From Candidatus Bipolaricaulia bacterium (GTDB taxonomy: Bacteria > Bipolaricaulota > Bipolaricaulia > JBHIAT01), in contig JBHIAT010000035.1 of assembly GCA_046758705.1 (NCBI GenBank), forward strand, positions 1 to 25,618: DNA of 25,618 bases, written 5' to 3'. Every line of letters begins with the position of its first letter. The first letter of the stretch is position 1. This document shows positions 24,909-25,618 of this stretch, one piece after another. The notes under the pieces were generated by a model, which was not told the origin of the DNA, ran no database searches, and worked only from the letters and a program-made list of their open reading frames with translations. Position numbers and translations under genes: made by a program.

Positions 24909-25046
24909 CCTCACTTTCCCTTCCTGGACGATATCACCCTGTGGAACTATAAGACGCAGGATCCTTCGATCAAGCACATCAACCCCACTGCTCAAGGCTT
25001 CTACGCCACCTTCGGGCTGAGGGAGTCGATGAAGCATGATGTCTGA
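24909..25046 (+). pseudogene. Decayed fragment of a peptidase S74 (intramolecular chaperone) domain
   Basis: A start-less frame between stops at 24906 and 25044 reads 'PHFPFLDDITLWNYKTQDPSIKHINPTAQGFYATFGL'. This matches the S74 pattern I recall as I..WNYK....IRHIGP.AQDF.A.FGLG. It is not in the ORF track. Confidence 0.7.
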
Positions 25047-25247
25047 AAGTAGGGATTTTATGGGAATAATTATATTAGGAGGTTAAAACTGAGATCATTT
25101 CCGCCAAATCAGTTAGCTGAATTTGACAGATGGACGCTAAGTGGTTCAGTGGTTAGGGTGCTGAAACACAACATGACTTTAACTTTAGGGGGAATTATTT
25201 AAAACCAAACAAAAAAGAGGAACAACTAAAGAAGGAGAGTGAATCTA

Positions 25248-25618
25248 ATGAAGCGAAGCAGGCGCTTACAACTTGTGGCGATGGTGGGGCTACTGGTTGT
25301 GGTGATCTTCTTCTTCTCATCCGCGATTAGCTCACCCGCCGTGCCCGAGATGATCAACTATCAGGGTCGGCTGACCGATTCCAGTGGAATTCCGCTGAGT
25401 GGCACATTCTCCATGATCTTCAAACTCTACGATGTGGCCAGCGGGGGCACGGCTCTCTGGACTGAGACTCAAGATGTGGTGGTGACCAACGGTCTGTTTA
25501 ACGTGCTGTTGGGGAGCGTCAATTCCCTTTCAGCCTCATTATTCACCGGCGCCACTTATCTGGGCGTGCAGGTGGACAGTGATCCAGAGATGACTCCCCG
25601 CCAGCAGATTGTCAGTAT
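25248..25618 (+). CDS. Partial (3'-truncated) secreted fibre/adhesin-like protein with 'NYQG' N-terminal domain
   Basis: SD AAGGAG. Translation: 'MKRSRRLQLVAMVGLLVVVIFFFSSAISSPAVPEMINYQGRLTDSSGIPLSGTFSMIFKLYDVASGGTALWTETQDVVVTNGLFNVLLGSV...YLGVQVDSDPEMTPRQ'. Open to the window end. Confidence 0.82.
   Translation, partial: MKRSRRLQLVAMVGLLVVVIFFFSSAISSPAVPEMINYQGRLTDSSGIPLSGTFSMIFKLYDVASGGTALWTETQDVVVTNGLFNVLLGSVNSLSASLFTGATYLGVQVDSDPEMTPRQQIVS

Overview
Bacterial chromosomal window, mostly GC-rich, with AT-richer intergenic gaps. (1) 1-195: two leftward sigma70-like promoters flank a hairpin resembling an IS200/IS605 end. (2) dnaB (minus strand) carries a 422-aa LAGLIDADG intein and is divergent from an rpsB-tsf-pyrH operon, which continues into moaD-moaE-MEMO1/AmmeMemoRadiSam B instead of frr. 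(3) 6.9-20 kb is an accessory copper/redox region. Two paralogous membrane proteins each join a TM-sensor-TM module directly to an OmpR-type winged helix, with no kinase or receiver domain. Each is followed by 11-bp-phased repeats and an exported cupredoxin gene. Next is a tightly coupled operon: cupredoxin, CydA-like (bd-like) oxidase subunit with no CydB, membrane cytochrome c, membrane protein, Mrp/ApbC, and three consecutive genes (Cys4 protein, AhbD/NirJ-like radical SAM, double-USP) that all end in a BchB-C-terminal-like (PCP_red) domain. (4) A livKHMGF-type ABC transporter. (5) A decayed peptidase-S74 chaperone fragment and the start of a secreted 'NYQG' fibre-like gene running off the right edge. 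No rRNA, tRNA or CRISPR array was seen. All family assignments come from motif recognition by eye; no database search was run.
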